Positions 11,128-23,479 of a stretch of DNA of 64,000 nt are shown piece by piece (the stretch's first letter is position 1; the number at the start of each line of letters is the position of its first letter). The notes under the pieces are model-generated. The model was given only the letters and a program-made list of their open reading frames with translations, had not been told where the DNA came from and made no database searches. Origin of the DNA: Gammaproteobacteria bacterium (GTDB lineage: Bacteria; Pseudomonadota; Gammaproteobacteria; UBA4575); contig OY759361.1 of the NCBI GenBank assembly GCA_963662355.1, positions 226,942-290,941 of the forward strand, given 5' to 3'. Made by a program: the position numbers and the translations under genes.

Positions 11128-12653
11128 GCCGGATATTCCTGTAAACAGCGCAAAGCTGTCGCTCTATCATCAAAACTCAATCGCTTGCCTCTGACAATTT
11201 GTAAAGCCTCATGGCCTTTGCCTGCAATCAGCACTGTGTCACCGGGTTTCGCCATGTTGATTGCAAATAGGATTGCCTGTTCCCGGTCACGAATTACGAA
11301 AAAACTGGCAGCGGTTGTAAATCCTGCCACCACATCCTGTACGATAGCATCAGGGTCTTCATACCGCGGATTGTCATCAGTGATCACTGCAAAATCGGCG
11401 ATCGACTCTACAGCCTGAGCCATCAACTCACGTTTTCCGGAATCACGATTCCCTCCACAACCAAATACACACCAAAGCTCACCAGCACAGGTTTCACGCA
11501 AGGTCTTCAGAACACTGGATAGAGCCTGGGGGGTATGAGCATAGTCCACAAGCACGGTGGGTGAATTTTGCTTGCCTGGAATCCGCTCCATCCTACCCGG
11601 CACGGTTCGTACGGAAGAAACAGCCTGAATCATCTCGTCAAATGCAATGCCGTCAGCAAGGAGTGCACCTGCTGCAGCCAAGATATTGCTGACATTGAAT
11701 TTTCCGCAGAGCCCGGTTTCGATTTCGGCATTTCCCCAACTCGAAACTATCTCGACTGCAATACTCCTTTCTGTGCATGAAATTTTTTCTGCATGAACGT
11801 AGGCTCCCCGCTGAGTATGACGTTTGTCACAGGAATACGAGACGACATTGAGATGTTGACTGGCTTCATCCGCCAATCTGCAGCCGAATGCATCATCTAC
11901 ATTGATGACTGCATTTTTTAGTCCAGGCATCTGAAACAGAATCCGTTTGGAATCTTCATAGTCTTCCAGAGTCACATGATAGTTCATGTGGTCACGACCC
12001 AGATTCGTAAACACAGCTGTGTCCACAGCGAGGCCATTCAATCTGCCCTGCTTCAGACCATGAGACGAAGCCTCAATGACAACATACGGAATCCTTTCTG
12101 AGACAAAACCATGCAGCAATCTATGCATACATATTGCATTGGGAGTTGTATGAGGCTTCGGTTCGAAATCAGGATAAACTCCATACCCCAATGTACCAAT
12201 CACTCCGCATGAAATTTCCAGCTGCTCATATGCTTGCGCTATAAACTGGCTGACTGAAGTCTTTCCATCCGTACCAGTGACGCCAGTAACATTAATGTTC
12301 GCAGAGGGGTTTTGGAAAAATCGTCCCGCAATGTAACCGATACTCTGCTGCAGTGCAGGAATCGGAATACATGGCAGCATGTCGGGCAGATTGTTGTTTC
12401 CTGCACCGGGGCTGGTTTCCCAGACCACTGCTGCTGCACCTCTCGCAACAGCCTGCTGTGTGTATTGCAGCCCATGTGCCCGGGTACCCTGTACAGCGAA
12501 AAACAGGTTTCCGGGTTCAATCGTACGGCTGTCCACGTCCAGGCCGGTGATCATTGTGTTGCTATACCCTTTTTGTACCTTTACCCACCCATCCAGCAAA
12601 TCTGCTAGCAACCAAGGGGATAGCGGGGCTCGTTTGCACGGTTCAGCCTGCAT
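11124..12653 (-). CDS. murE: UDP-MurNAc-L-Ala-D-Glu--2,6-diaminopimelate ligase
   Basis: Mur ligase P-loop GVTGTDGKTSVSQ and DNPR motif (ITDDNPRYEDP) typical of meso-DAP-adding MurE. Likely start at MQAEPC (12653). The track ORF extends to 12707. Confidence 0.85.
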   Translation of the reverse strand: MQAEPCKRAPLSPWLLADLLDGWVKVQKGYSNTMITGLDVDSRTIEPGNLFFAVQGTRAHGLQYTQQAVARGAAAVVWETSPGAGNNNLPDMLPCIPIPALQQSIGYIAGRFFQNPSANINVTGVTGTDGKTSVSQFIAQAYEQLEISCGVIGTLGYGVYPDFEPKPHTTPNAICMHRLLHGFVSERIPYVVIEASSHGLKQGRLNGLAVDTAVFTNLGRDHMNYHVTLEDYEDSKRILFQMPGLKNAVINVDDAFGCRLADEASQHLNVVSYSCDKRHTQRGAYVHAEKISCTERSIAVEIVSSWGNAEIETGLCGKFNVSNILAAAGALLADGIAFDEMIQAVSSVRTVPGRMERIPGKQNSPTVLVDYAHTPQALSSVLKTLRETCAGELWCVFGCGGNRDSGKRELMAQAVESIADFAVITDDNPRYEDPDAIVQDVVAGFTTAASFFVIRDREQAILFAINMAKPGDTVLIAGKGHEALQIVRGKRLSFDDRATALRCLQEYPA

Positions 12654-14361
12654 GATCTTTAGAAAGATGAGCAATGTCTGTGCGTACGGGCACATTGTCA
12701 GGAGCAATATTCAGTATGCGCAGGGCTCCACCCATGATGCTTGAAAAAATGGGAGCCGCAACCTGGCCGCCAAAATAGACTCCTCTGCTCGGTTCATTCA
12801 CCACAACCACGAGCACCAGCTTCGGGTCGCTGGCCGGAGCCATGCCTGCAAAAAGGGATATGTATTTGTCCTTAGCATATTCACCTCCTGCAAGCTTATG
12901 AACAGTACCGGTTTTACCCGCAACATGATATCCGGGTATCGCCGCACGAAAACCCGTGCCATACTCCGAGACGACTGCATTCAGGATCGAACGGACCTGC
13001 TTAACTGTTTGTGATGAAACCACTCTGGGAGAAGTTTTCCAGCGTTCACCTGCATCTGCCTTGCGCAACATGGAAATTGACAGCTGCCTGCCATTGGATG
13101 CCAAAACTGTGTAGGCGCGCGCCAGTTGCAGAGTCGTCGTCGACATACCGTAACCAAACGCCAACGTTGCATGTTCTGTGTGATGCCAGTCGCGATGATA
13201 TTTCAGATGGCCATGAACTTCGCCCGGGAACCCGGATTCTGTTGATTGTCCGACACCAATAGCGTTATAGAGGTTCCATAAATCAGGCCGCGGGATCGTC
13301 AATGCAATTTTTACAGCACCGACGTTGCTGGATTTAAGCAATACATCATTTACCGATAATGGTCCAAAATCCCTGACATCTCGGATCTTATACCTGCCTA
13401 TTTTGTAAGTGCCGGGCGTAGTATCAATGACTGTGTCTAGAAAATAGCGCTTGGATTCCAGAGCCAGTGCAATTACGAAAGGCTTCATCGTCGATCCAGG
13501 TTCGAATACATCTGTGACTGCACGGTTACGGTATGTGCTTTGTTTGTACCCTTTTCGATTATTAGGGTTAAACGAGGGCACATTGACCATGGCTATCACT
13601 TCACCTGTTTTGGCATCAATCATGACAGCAGAGGCTGATTGGGCGCCGTGCTGTATATAACCCGCCTTCAATTCACGATACGCCAGATACTGCACTCTCC
13701 GATCAATACTCAATTCTACGTTTCGACCAGGGCGAGGAATTCTTACAGCTTCAACGTCTTCAACAATTCGATTCAATTGATCTTTTATCACCCTCTTGGC
13801 ACCGGGTTTGCTGACCAGCCAATCTTCATATGCAAGCTCGATTCCCTCCAGGCCTTTATCATCGATATTCGTAAAACCAAGGACATGTGAGCTGACTTCA
13901 GCCGTTGGATAGTAACGTCGATACTCACGTTGCAAATAAATTCCGGACAAGTCTGCCTGGTTTAATTCCTCAGCATACTGAGGGCCTACATGGCGCTTTA
14001 CGTACAAAAATTGCCGTTTCTTTTTCTGTTCGAGTTTGCTTGCAAGTTCGCCCGCTTTCATCTCCAGAATTTTTTCAGCACGCACGACAGATTCACGGTC
14101 ATCCAATGCTTCTGCCGGGTTCGCCCATACTGAATAAACTGGCGTGCTCACTGCGAGTAATTGACCGTTCCGGTCCAAGATCATCCCACGGTGCGTGGGT
14201 ATCTCAACTACTCGCAAGTGGCGCGCCTTACCTTCCTCCTCCAGGAATTCATGATTGAATAACTGCAAATCCACTGCCCGCACAAACAAGATGCCGAGTC
14301 CCAAAGCAAAAACAGATAAAACAAAAATTCGTCTCAGCCTGTAATGCGGTATCTGTTTCAT
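12643..14361 (-). CDS. ftsI: Peptidoglycan D,D-transpeptidase FtsI (PBP3)
   Basis: 572 aa. N-terminal TM, then transpeptidase motifs STMKP (SxxK), SSN (KSSNVG) and KTGT. Confidence 0.9.
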   Translation of the reverse strand: MKQIPHYRLRRIFVLSVFALGLGILFVRAVDLQLFNHEFLEEEGKARHLRVVEIPTHRGMILDRNGQLLAVSTPVYSVWANPAEALDDRESVVRAEKILEMKAGELASKLEQKKKRQFLYVKRHVGPQYAEELNQADLSGIYLQREYRRYYPTAEVSSHVLGFTNIDDKGLEGIELAYEDWLVSKPGAKRVIKDQLNRIVEDVEAVRIPRPGRNVELSIDRRVQYLAYRELKAGYIQHGAQSASAVMIDAKTGEVIAMVNVPSFNPNNRKGYKQSTYRNRAVTDVFEPGSTMKPFVIALALESKRYFLDTVIDTTPGTYKIGRYKIRDVRDFGPLSVNDVLLKSSNVGAVKIALTIPRPDLWNLYNAIGVGQSTESGFPGEVHGHLKYHRDWHHTEHATLAFGYGMSTTTLQLARAYTVLASNGRQLSISMLRKADAGERWKTSPRVVSSQTVKQVRSILNAVVSEYGTGFRAAIPGYHVAGKTGTVHKLAGGEYAKDKYISLFAGMAPASDPKLVLVVVVNEPSRGVYFGGQVAAPIFSSIMGGALRILNIAPDNVPVRTDIAHLSKDHAG

Positions 14362-14365
14362 GTTG

Positions 14366-14638
14366 CTACTGTGATTTCAAAAGCACTGATTTATTTTTGT
14401 GAACCAGGCTCATACCAAGCTTTTCACGTGCAAGCTTCTCGACCCTGCCATATGTCAGCCAGGTGCTTTGCTCTAGCTGCAAGCGGCCCCACTCAACTTG
14501 CAGTTCATCAAACCTGTTCTGCATGTTCTGCAACTCGATGAATTCTTTCCGTATCGAATGCTTTGAGTACACAATACCTACTCCTGTAAACACGTTTGCT
14601 GCCAGCAAAATTGCTGCAAGCACGAACCTGCTTAACAT
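14366..14638 (-). CDS. ftsL: Cell division protein FtsL
   Basis: 90 aa bitopic protein. TM followed by a coiled coil (FIELQNMQNRFDELQVEWGRLQLEQS). Sits between rsmH and ftsI. Confidence 0.8.
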   Translation of the reverse strand: MLSRFVLAAILLAANVFTGVGIVYSKHSIRKEFIELQNMQNRFDELQVEWGRLQLEQSTWLTYGRVEKLAREKLGMSLVHKNKSVLLKSQ

Positions 14639-15576
14639 GTGACACGCTCCAGAACATGTAGCTTCGCACTGCGTGCTCTCGCATTGAAAATTACTTCGTC
14701 AGTTGAAGGGTGAACAGGTTTGCAGGCCCTTTTCAAGTCTGGCAAGGGTTGGTCGGTTACCGGAAGTTTACGGGGTACATCAAATTTGCTGTGTTTCCGA
14801 AATACAGCTTTCACCACCTGATCTTCCCGAGAATGAAATGTGATAATCAGCATGCGCCCGAAATCAGCGAGCAATTTCACACTGCTGTCCAGAGCAGCTT
14901 CCAAGGCTTTCAGCTCCTGATTGATGAATATACGAATTGCCTGAAATGTGCGTGTGGCCGGGTGTTTTTTTTCACTGGACCGGCCCACAGCCCCTAGCAC
15001 TACCTCTGCCAGCTGTCTGGTAGTTTCCAAGGGGCGGATTTTTTGTCGCGCCAGAATTGCAGAAGCTACTTTTTTTGAATATCGCTCTTCCCCAAACACT
15101 CTCAATACTTCTTCCAAATCCCGGAAATTGACCTGCTGCAGCCAGTCTGCAGCAGTGATGCCTTCATTTGTATTCATTCGCATGTCAAGTGGCCCATCCT
15201 GTACAAAACTGAACCCCCTCACGGGATCATCAAGTTGTGGAGAAGAAACTCCCAAATCAAATAAAATTCCTTTGACTTTACCTCCAAATCCGTACTTTTC
15301 AGCTATCTGCGCAACTCTTGAAAAGTTATCTGACTCGATACTTACCCGGCAGTCATCAGCGAGCAGAATCTTGGCATGGGCAACTGCTTGCGGGTCCTGA
15401 TCCAGGACTAAAAGACGCCCCCTGCAACTTAAATTCTTCAAAATTTCACAGCTGTGTCCTCCACGACCGAATGTGCAATCTATATAGATCCCATCCGGGT
15501 CAATTTTCAGCGCCTCAACTACCTCTCTAAGCAAAACTGGCCGATGCAGACAATGCGCAATCGGCTGCATCGTCAA
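14632..15576 (-). CDS. rsmH: 16S rRNA (cytosine1402-N4)-methyltransferase
   Basis: 314 aa. MraW family motifs YIDCTFGRGGHS and LFDLGVSSPQLD. Confidence 0.9.
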   Translation of the reverse strand: MTMQPIAHCLHRPVLLREVVEALKIDPDGIYIDCTFGRGGHSCEILKNLSCRGRLLVLDQDPQAVAHAKILLADDCRVSIESDNFSRVAQIAEKYGFGGKVKGILFDLGVSSPQLDDPVRGFSFVQDGPLDMRMNTNEGITAADWLQQVNFRDLEEVLRVFGEERYSKKVASAILARQKIRPLETTRQLAEVVLGAVGRSSEKKHPATRTFQAIRIFINQELKALEAALDSSVKLLADFGRMLIITFHSREDQVVKAVFRKHSKFDVPRKLPVTDQPLPDLKRACKPVHPSTDEVIFNARARSAKLHVLERVTC

Positions 15577-16025
15577 ATGGAAAGCGTTTCTAACGAGGCA
15601 GGAATGCTATCTGATTTATGTTCCTCCTTAATCCATAACTCACGTTTTTTCGTCCACCTGTCTCGATCCCAGAGTTCAAACTTGTTACCTTGGCCTATCA
15701 ATACTGTATGTTTGTCCAAGCATGCAAACTGGCGCAATGGAGGAGGGAGTAAAACGCGATACTGACCATCAATCTCACATTCTGTCGCGTGACCAAGGAG
15801 CAGGCGTTGCAAGCGCCTGACCTGTTTATCGATATTGGACAAACGCATTAATCTTTGTTCAATGTGCTCCCATTCAGGAAGTGGATAAATCAGCAGACAA
15901 CGATCCTTGTCAGCGGTTACAACTAGACTGCCACCGCAACTTTGCTGAATGTACTCACGATAACGGGCCGGCACAGACAAGCGGCCCTTGGCATCCAGAT
16001 TAAGGTCGTTAATACCCCGGAACAT
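15573..16025 (-). CDS. mraZ: Transcriptional regulator MraZ
   Basis: Start at MFRGINDLNLDAKGRLSVPARYRE, the canonical MraZ N-terminus. Two SpoVT/AbrB-like repeats. The track ORF extends 30 codons upstream in frame to 16115, which is probably not translated. Confidence 0.85.
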   Translation of the reverse strand: MFRGINDLNLDAKGRLSVPARYREYIQQSCGGSLVVTADKDRCLLIYPLPEWEHIEQRLMRLSNIDKQVRRLQRLLLGHATECEIDGQYRVLLPPPLRQFACLDKHTVLIGQGNKFELWDRDRWTKKRELWIKEEHKSDSIPASLETLSI

Positions 16026-16050
16026 TACTTGTACATCATGAAACTTAGTT

Positions 16051-16078
16051 CCACTGTCTCCCACAATTCCCCACTTTT
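16051..16078 (-). promoter_or_regulatory. Putative MraZ operator: three direct GTGGG/GTGGA repeats at 10-bp spacing upstream of mraZ
   Basis: Minus-strand reading: GTGGGgaattGTGGGagacaGTGGAac, 26-53 nt upstream of the mraZ ATG. MraZ is known to bind triple TGGGN direct repeats in the mra leader. Confidence 0.4.
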
Positions 16079-16327
16079 TTACACTATAAAAACCAGTTTG
16101 CTCGATTGCAAGCAAAACTGGACAAAAAATCCAAAAAAATACTTGTGAGACAGACAGTTAAGGGCACATCTGTCTGTGAAAACCGGATGGTCGCGTGAAT
16201 AAACTGCTTTGAATATGAAGGGTTAAAACAAAAAGATGAGGTTATATATTAAGAAAGCAGAGCCGCACTTGATGTGGGCGTCATGATGCATGACCAAGCG
16301 CAGTTTGCCAGTAGCCTACAATATTGT

Positions 16328-16722
16328 GAGTAGGAGTCTGCCTGTAAGCCGGGTTCTGTCATGGGCAGCCATTCATCTGGGATTCATGTCACCATGAACC
16401 TCAAGCAACCTACCCGGGGGCCATACGGGCCATATGCCGGATATTTCCGCGCCCCTCTATTCGGTCTTGCTCCAGGTGGGGTTTACCTAGCCACAACTAT
16501 TACTAGTTGTGCGGTGCGCTCTTACCACACCGTTTCACCCTTACCTAGCTCATCCGTCTGAATGATATTCAAGCGAAGCAGCCAGGCGGTCTACTCTCTG
16601 TTGCACTTTCCATGGACTCACATCCTCCAGGTATTACCTGGCACCCTGCCCGTGGAGCCCGGACTTTCCTCCCTCCTGCCTTTCCATTGAGGACGCAGGA
16701 AGGCGACTGCCTGGCAGACTCC
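16328..16722 (-). ncRNA. rnpB: RNase P RNA, bacterial type A (M1 RNA)
   Basis: The reverse complement reads ...GGAGUCUGCCAGGCAGUCGCCUUCCUGCGUCCUCAAUGGAAAGGCAGGAGGGAGGAAAGUCCGGGCUCCACGGGCAGGGUGCCAGGUAA...AGGUAAGGGUGAAACGGUGUGGUAAGAGCGCACC...ACAGAACCCGGCUUACAGGCAGACUCC. This is near-colinear with E. coli M1 RNA, including the P4 GGAAAGUCCGGGCUCC and AGGGCAGGGUGCCAGGUAA motifs. The 5' and 3' ends pair as helix P1 (GAGUCUGCC/GGCAGACUC). Ends approximate to about 5 nt. Confidence 0.92.
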
Positions 16723-16741
16723 CAAGTTCACAGTATCATAT

Positions 16742-17596
16742 TTACAACTGTTTTTTCAGACAGTCCTCAAGCCCGAGGGAATACAATCGATTTCGCCTAA
16801 GTCCGGTGTGTTTCGAAACGACATCAACGGCATCCTTGTGAGAAATATGCTGCTCCAAATCCGCCAAAAGTAACCTGGCTTTCTCTAGTGTCTCCACATC
16901 TTTAAAAGTGGTATTTCCGTGTACAACCAATACACATTCCCCTTTGAAAACCTGGTCAGGGTCGTTCAGGACCCGGGCAAGATGCTCAAGGTCCCCCGCC
17001 AGATGCTGCTCATGGACCTTGGTTAGTTCACGCAAAATAGCAGCACGCCTGTTTCCTCCGAATACATGGAGACAGCTCTTGATGGTATATCGAATCCGGT
17101 GAGGGGCTTCAAAAAACACCATGGAGCGTGGTTCATACAGAAGCGTTCGCAGAAATGCTTCGCGCTCAGCGGCTTTTTTCGGCAAAAATCCCTCGAAAAT
17201 GAATCGGTTAGTTGGAAGTCCCGAAACAGATAATGCAGCAATTATGGCGCTTGGACCCGGTACAGGCCTCACAGCAATCCCCTCTTTTTGAACTGCACAA
17301 ACCAGCTTGAAACCGGGATCGCTGATCAGGGGTGTACCAGCATCTGAGACCAGCCCTATATCCGCACCAGAACGTAAAGCCCGAATAAGCATCGCAATTT
17401 TCCCGGATTCGTTAAAATCATGTAGCGACTCCATTCCGGCTTGGATACCATAATGGTTTAAAAGTTTTTTTGTGACCCGGGTGTCTTCGACCAAGAGAAA
17501 CTTGACTTTTTTGATGGTATCCAGTGCCCGTAATGTAATATCCGACAAGTTGCCTATTGGCGTAGCAATAACATATAAAATACCAGGATCAACCAT
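16742..17596 (-). CDS. rsmI: 16S rRNA (cytidine1402-2'-O)-methyltransferase
   Basis: Start at MVDPGILYVIATPIGNLSDITLRAL aligns with E. coli RsmI LYIVPTPIGNLADITQRAL. Tetrapyrrole-methylase fold motifs SDAGTPLISDPG. Confidence 0.85.
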   Translation of the reverse strand: MVDPGILYVIATPIGNLSDITLRALDTIKKVKFLLVEDTRVTKKLLNHYGIQAGMESLHDFNESGKIAMLIRALRSGADIGLVSDAGTPLISDPGFKLVCAVQKEGIAVRPVPGPSAIIAALSVSGLPTNRFIFEGFLPKKAAEREAFLRTLLYEPRSMVFFEAPHRIRYTIKSCLHVFGGNRRAAILRELTKVHEQHLAGDLEHLARVLNDPDQVFKGECVLVVHGNTTFKDVETLEKARLLLADLEQHISHKDAVDVVSKHTGLRRNRLYSLGLEDCLKKQL

Positions 17597-17645
17597 TTTG
17601 CACCCACATACTTTCAAATTTTGCATCCTGGTGACGACTTACAAA

Positions 17646-20203
<2,558 letters not shown>

Positions 20204-20208
20204 TTTCT

Positions 20209-21618
20209 TTGCTGGCCAGAATGCCCTTGGAACCACACATCATACGCAGTTTTGTTGAGGCATGTGGACAACAGGACGTCCTGGTAAATCGAAGCGAGTG
20301 CTGGGCTTATGGATACGATAACAGCAAACAGCATGCCTGTCCGGACTTGGTCGTATTGCCACATCGAACGGGCCAAATCCAAGAATGCGTACAAATCTGC
20401 AGACGATACAACATCCCGTTGACGACACGAGGTCGTGGCACAAACACCACGGGAGCTACTGTACCAATCCATTCTGGAGTAATTCTTTCAACAGAGCGGA
20501 TGGACAGGATTCTGGAGATGGATGCATCTAACCGGAATATTCAAGTTGAGCCAGGTGTATTAAATGCATCCGTTCAGGAACGGGCTTCAAAACATGGGTT
20601 GTTTTGGCCACCCGACCCAGGCAGCTCTGACTATTGCACGATTGGCGGCAACCTAGCCTGTAATGCCGCTGGCCCTCGTGCAATCAAATATGGAACGTGT
20701 CGCGAAAACACACTTGAACTATGTGCAGTCACTGGGGCTGGAGAAATGATTCGCACCGGGAATGCTACTACAAAAGGTGTGGTGGGTTTAGACCTGACAC
20801 GTCTGCTGGTAGGTTCAGAAGGTATTCTAGCGATAATCACCGAGGCACGGCTAAAACTGAGCCCTATTGCTGAACGTACAGATACAATTCGTGCAACCTA
20901 TCAGGACACTCGGTCTGCCATTGAAGCAGTAGTTGAAATTCTTTCACAAAATTCCATGCCCTGTGCACTAGAATTTATCGATGAAGGATCTCTGAATCTG
21001 ATTCGCAGGCAGGAAAAAATGCGCTTTGATAACTGTGCAAAAGCAATGCTGATCATTGAGGTAGACGGACTTGAGCAGACCGTTGATGCGGATGTTGAAG
21101 CTATTTTACACGCAGCTAGTAATCCAGGATGTATCGACTTGCATAATGCAAGTGATTCCAAACAGAAAACAGAGCTCTGGCTCGCTCGTAAAGTGCTTTC
21201 CCAAGCTTTGCGCAGCTTTGCACCAGACAAAATCAATGAGGACGTGGTCGTACCTGTATCGCAGCTGCCAACCTTACTAAAGGAACTTGAATTGCTCAGC
21301 AAAAAATTCTCCATTCCTGTTTTCAGTTTTGGCCATGCCGGGAATGGGAATTTGCACGTCAATCTCTTATATAATGAATCCGATGAAAGGGAAGCAGTTT
21401 CGGCCCGCCAGTGTCTATCAGAAATTTTTGATCTGGTTTTAAGGCTGAATGGAACTTTGTCAGGCGAACACGGTGTCGGAATTTCCAAGCGGGACTGGGT
21501 CAGTAAGGAAATTGATCCTGGGGCATTGGGTTTGATGCAGAAAATCAAACAGCAGTTTGATCCTGACCAAATTTTAAATCCTGGAAAATCCCTTCCGGAT
21601 ACAGCCAATACAGACTGA
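20209..21618 (+). CDS. FAD-linked oxidase, GlcD / D-2-hydroxyacid dehydrogenase family
   Basis: 469 aa. FAD-binding PCMH-type domain (PLTTRGRGTNTTGATVP...GGNLACNAAGPRAIKYG...VGLDLTRLLVGSEGILAIITEARLKL) and a C-terminal FAD-oxidase domain. Confidence 0.7.
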   Translation: MLARMPLEPHIIRSFVEACGQQDVLVNRSECWAYGYDNSKQHACPDLVVLPHRTGQIQECVQICRRYNIPLTTRGRGTNTTGATVPIHSGVILSTERMDRILEMDASNRNIQVEPGVLNASVQERASKHGLFWPPDPGSSDYCTIGGNLACNAAGPRAIKYGTCRENTLELCAVTGAGEMIRTGNATTKGVVGLDLTRLLVGSEGILAIITEARLKLSPIAERTDTIRATYQDTRSAIEAVVEILSQNSMPCALEFIDEGSLNLIRRQEKMRFDNCAKAMLIIEVDGLEQTVDADVEAILHAASNPGCIDLHNASDSKQKTELWLARKVLSQALRSFAPDKINEDVVVPVSQLPTLLKELELLSKKFSIPVFSFGHAGNGNLHVNLLYNESDEREAVSARQCLSEIFDLVLRLNGTLSGEHGVGISKRDWVSKEIDPGALGLMQKIKQQFDPDQILNPGKSLPDTANTD

Positions 21619-21637
21619 GTTCCAGATACACCTCATG

Positions 21638-22030
21638 CTATTTGACAATGCGCAAACGTGAGCGGTCAGGCTTGGCCGGGTCCGTTGCGGGCGGTAATTC
21701 ACCTTCCTCGGGAAATGCCATGCCGTGTCCATTTTCGCGGGCGTAAATTGCCAGCACATGTTCTACAGGAATGACTACGCTCATAGACGTACCTGAAAAC
21801 CGTGCATCGAAACTGACTACTTCCGAACCGAGGTCGAGTGATTGTACTGCTATCGGACCGATGTTGAGCACAATTTTGCCATTTTCTTCAAACTGTCGAG
21901 GGATCTGAACCTGCTCACTGCCAGTGTCCGCAAGGATATGTGGAGTCATTCCGTTATCAATAATCCACTCATACATTGCGCGGATCAGATAAGGTCTGTT
22001 TGAAGTCACGCGTGATACAAAGACTGGCAA
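21638..22030 (-). CDS. sspB: ClpXP protease specificity-enhancing factor SspB
   Basis: RPYLIRAMYEWIIDNGMTPHILAD...GKIVLNIGPIAVQSLDLG...VLAIYARENGHG is closely colinear with E. coli SspB. C-terminal ...RLRIVK ClpX-binding tail. Confidence 0.85.
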   Translation of the reverse strand: MPVFVSRVTSNRPYLIRAMYEWIIDNGMTPHILADTGSEQVQIPRQFEENGKIVLNIGPIAVQSLDLGSEVVSFDARFSGTSMSVVIPVEHVLAIYARENGHGMAFPEEGELPPATDPAKPDRSRLRIVK

Positions 22031-22045
22031 TACTGTGTAGCCAAG

Positions 22046-22645
22046 TCACTCCATCCGCGCTTCCACTTCCTCTTCCGACAAACTACTCCTGAAAGAGGGA
22101 CGGTTGAATACTCGTTGTGCATATTCCGTAATAGGCTTTACCGTCTTACCCAACTCGATTCCAAGGCTAGGCAATCTCCAGAGAATGGGCGCAATACTGC
22201 AATCGACCAAACTGAACTCATCACTCAGAAAATATGACTTGACCTTGAATAACTCTGAAACCGAAAGCAGACTTTCCTGCAAATCCTTTTTTGCCTTATT
22301 TGCGACACTTGCCTGATCTGAATATAACCTTGTCAGCGGCTCATACCAGTCTTTCTCGATGCGGAAAAGCATCAGACGTGATTTGGAACGTGACACCGGG
22401 TCCACGGGCATCAATGGCGGATGAGGAAACCGTTCATCCAGATATTCCATAATGACACGCGCATCATACAACACCAGTTCCCGGTCTGTGAGAGTTGGAA
22501 CAGAGTTGTAAGGATTCACATCCAGCAAATCCTCAGGCTTGTTATCTGGGTCGATGTATACAATTTCTACGGTGATATCCTTTTCTGCCAGAACAACACG
22601 TACGCGATGGCTTTGCGCACAATTCGGGTCAGAAAACAACGTCAT
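22046..22645 (-). CDS. sspA: Stringent starvation protein A (GST-like)
   Basis: GST fold. MTLFSDPNCAQSHRVRVVLAEKDI... Start chosen at MTLFS. Adjacent to sspB as in other proteobacteria. Confidence 0.85.
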   Translation of the reverse strand: MTLFSDPNCAQSHRVRVVLAEKDITVEIVYIDPDNKPEDLLDVNPYNSVPTLTDRELVLYDARVIMEYLDERFPHPPLMPVDPVSRSKSRLMLFRIEKDWYEPLTRLYSDQASVANKAKKDLQESLLSVSELFKVKSYFLSDEFSLVDCSIAPILWRLPSLGIELGKTVKPITEYAQRVFNRPSFRSSLSEEEVEARME

Positions 22646-22714
22646 GCAAGAACGGCGATTCGCTACTAAAACCATGACTCTCTTGAATATGCAACCTCTT
22701 CCTGAAAAAACATG

Positions 22715-23479
22715 TCAGTGAATGTTCTTCCAGTAGCTTTTTTTCATGAAATAGGAGAGTACTCCTAATACAGCAAGGAAAAATAGTACACCTATACCTA
22801 TTTTTTTGCGCACCAGCTGGGCAGGCTCGCTTAAATAGGCCAGGAAGTTCACAATATCCACCACTACACGTTCATACTCTTTCTCACTGAGTGACCCCGG
22901 CTGCAGCATCTCAAGCTTGTCGAATACATGATGCTCTTTTCCATTTTTATCCGTTTCATTACGAAATACAGCTTTTTGCAGACCTTGCAAATTTACCAGT
23001 ACATGCGGCATAGCCGTGTTAGGCAGATGCAGATTGTTTACACCGAAAGGACGTGTGTCATCTGCATAGAATGATTTCAGGTATTCATACACTGCTTGGG
23101 GGCCAATCGCACGTGCATGTGTGCTCAAATCCGGCGGGTCGATCCCAAGAAACCATTTTTGGGCATCTTCTCTCTTCATGGCTACAGTCATCAAGTCACC
23201 GAATTTCTGGTCAGTAAAGATCAGGTTGTTTTTTGTCAGGCTTTCGCTGATACCCAGATCATCGGCTACCCGTTTGTAACGACTGTGTTTTGCTGGGTGA
23301 CAGCTTAGGCAGAAATTAACAAAGTATTTTGCGCCCCGTTGTAATGAAGTCTTGTTGCTCAAATCTATATGAATTTTCCCAAAGGTCCCTTTTTTATAGG
23401 CCTCCGACCCGGCAGACCAGACGGGATTCACGAAGACCAATATGAGTACAGCAGCCAGTACTTTTGTGCAGGTGTTCAT
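22715..23479 (-). CDS. petC: Cytochrome c1 of ubiquinol-cytochrome c reductase
   Basis: Signal peptide, single CXXCH (CLSCH) heme site, C-terminal TM anchor (GIGVLFFLAVLGVLSYFM). Confidence 0.85.
   Translation of the reverse strand: MNTCTKVLAAVLILVFVNPVWSAGSEAYKKGTFGKIHIDLSNKTSLQRGAKYFVNFCLSCHPAKHSRYKRVADDLGISESLTKNNLIFTDQKFGDLMTVAMKREDAQKWFLGIDPPDLSTHARAIGPQAVYEYLKSFYADDTRPFGVNNLHLPNTAMPHVLVNLQGLQKAVFRNETDKNGKEHHVFDKLEMLQPGSLSEKEYERVVVDIVNFLAYLSEPAQLVRKKIGIGVLFFLAVLGVLSYFMKKSYWKNIH

Noticed and set aside
16270-16300. Short GTCATG-cat-CATGAC hairpin just 3' of rnpB as a terminator
   Set aside because: No adjacent U-tract. RNase P RNA 3' ends are commonly generated by processing.
16361-16800. 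Two plus-strand ORFs (66 and 62 aa) on the track
   Set aside because: They lie antisense to the clearly identifiable RNase P RNA gene. Their translations (e.g. ...GVYLATTITSCAVRSYHTVSPLPSSSV) are low complexity and reflect RNA structure, not coding.
17472-17645. Upstream extension of the lpoA ORF (MTRVSSTKRNLTFLMVSS...)
   Set aside because: It overlaps the divergent rsmI coding region. A lipoprotein signal peptide with lipobox begins at the internal Met (17646).
20901-21608. 235-aa minus-strand ORF
   Set aside because: Entirely antisense within the well-supported GlcD-like FAD oxidase gene. Ser-rich low-complexity translation.
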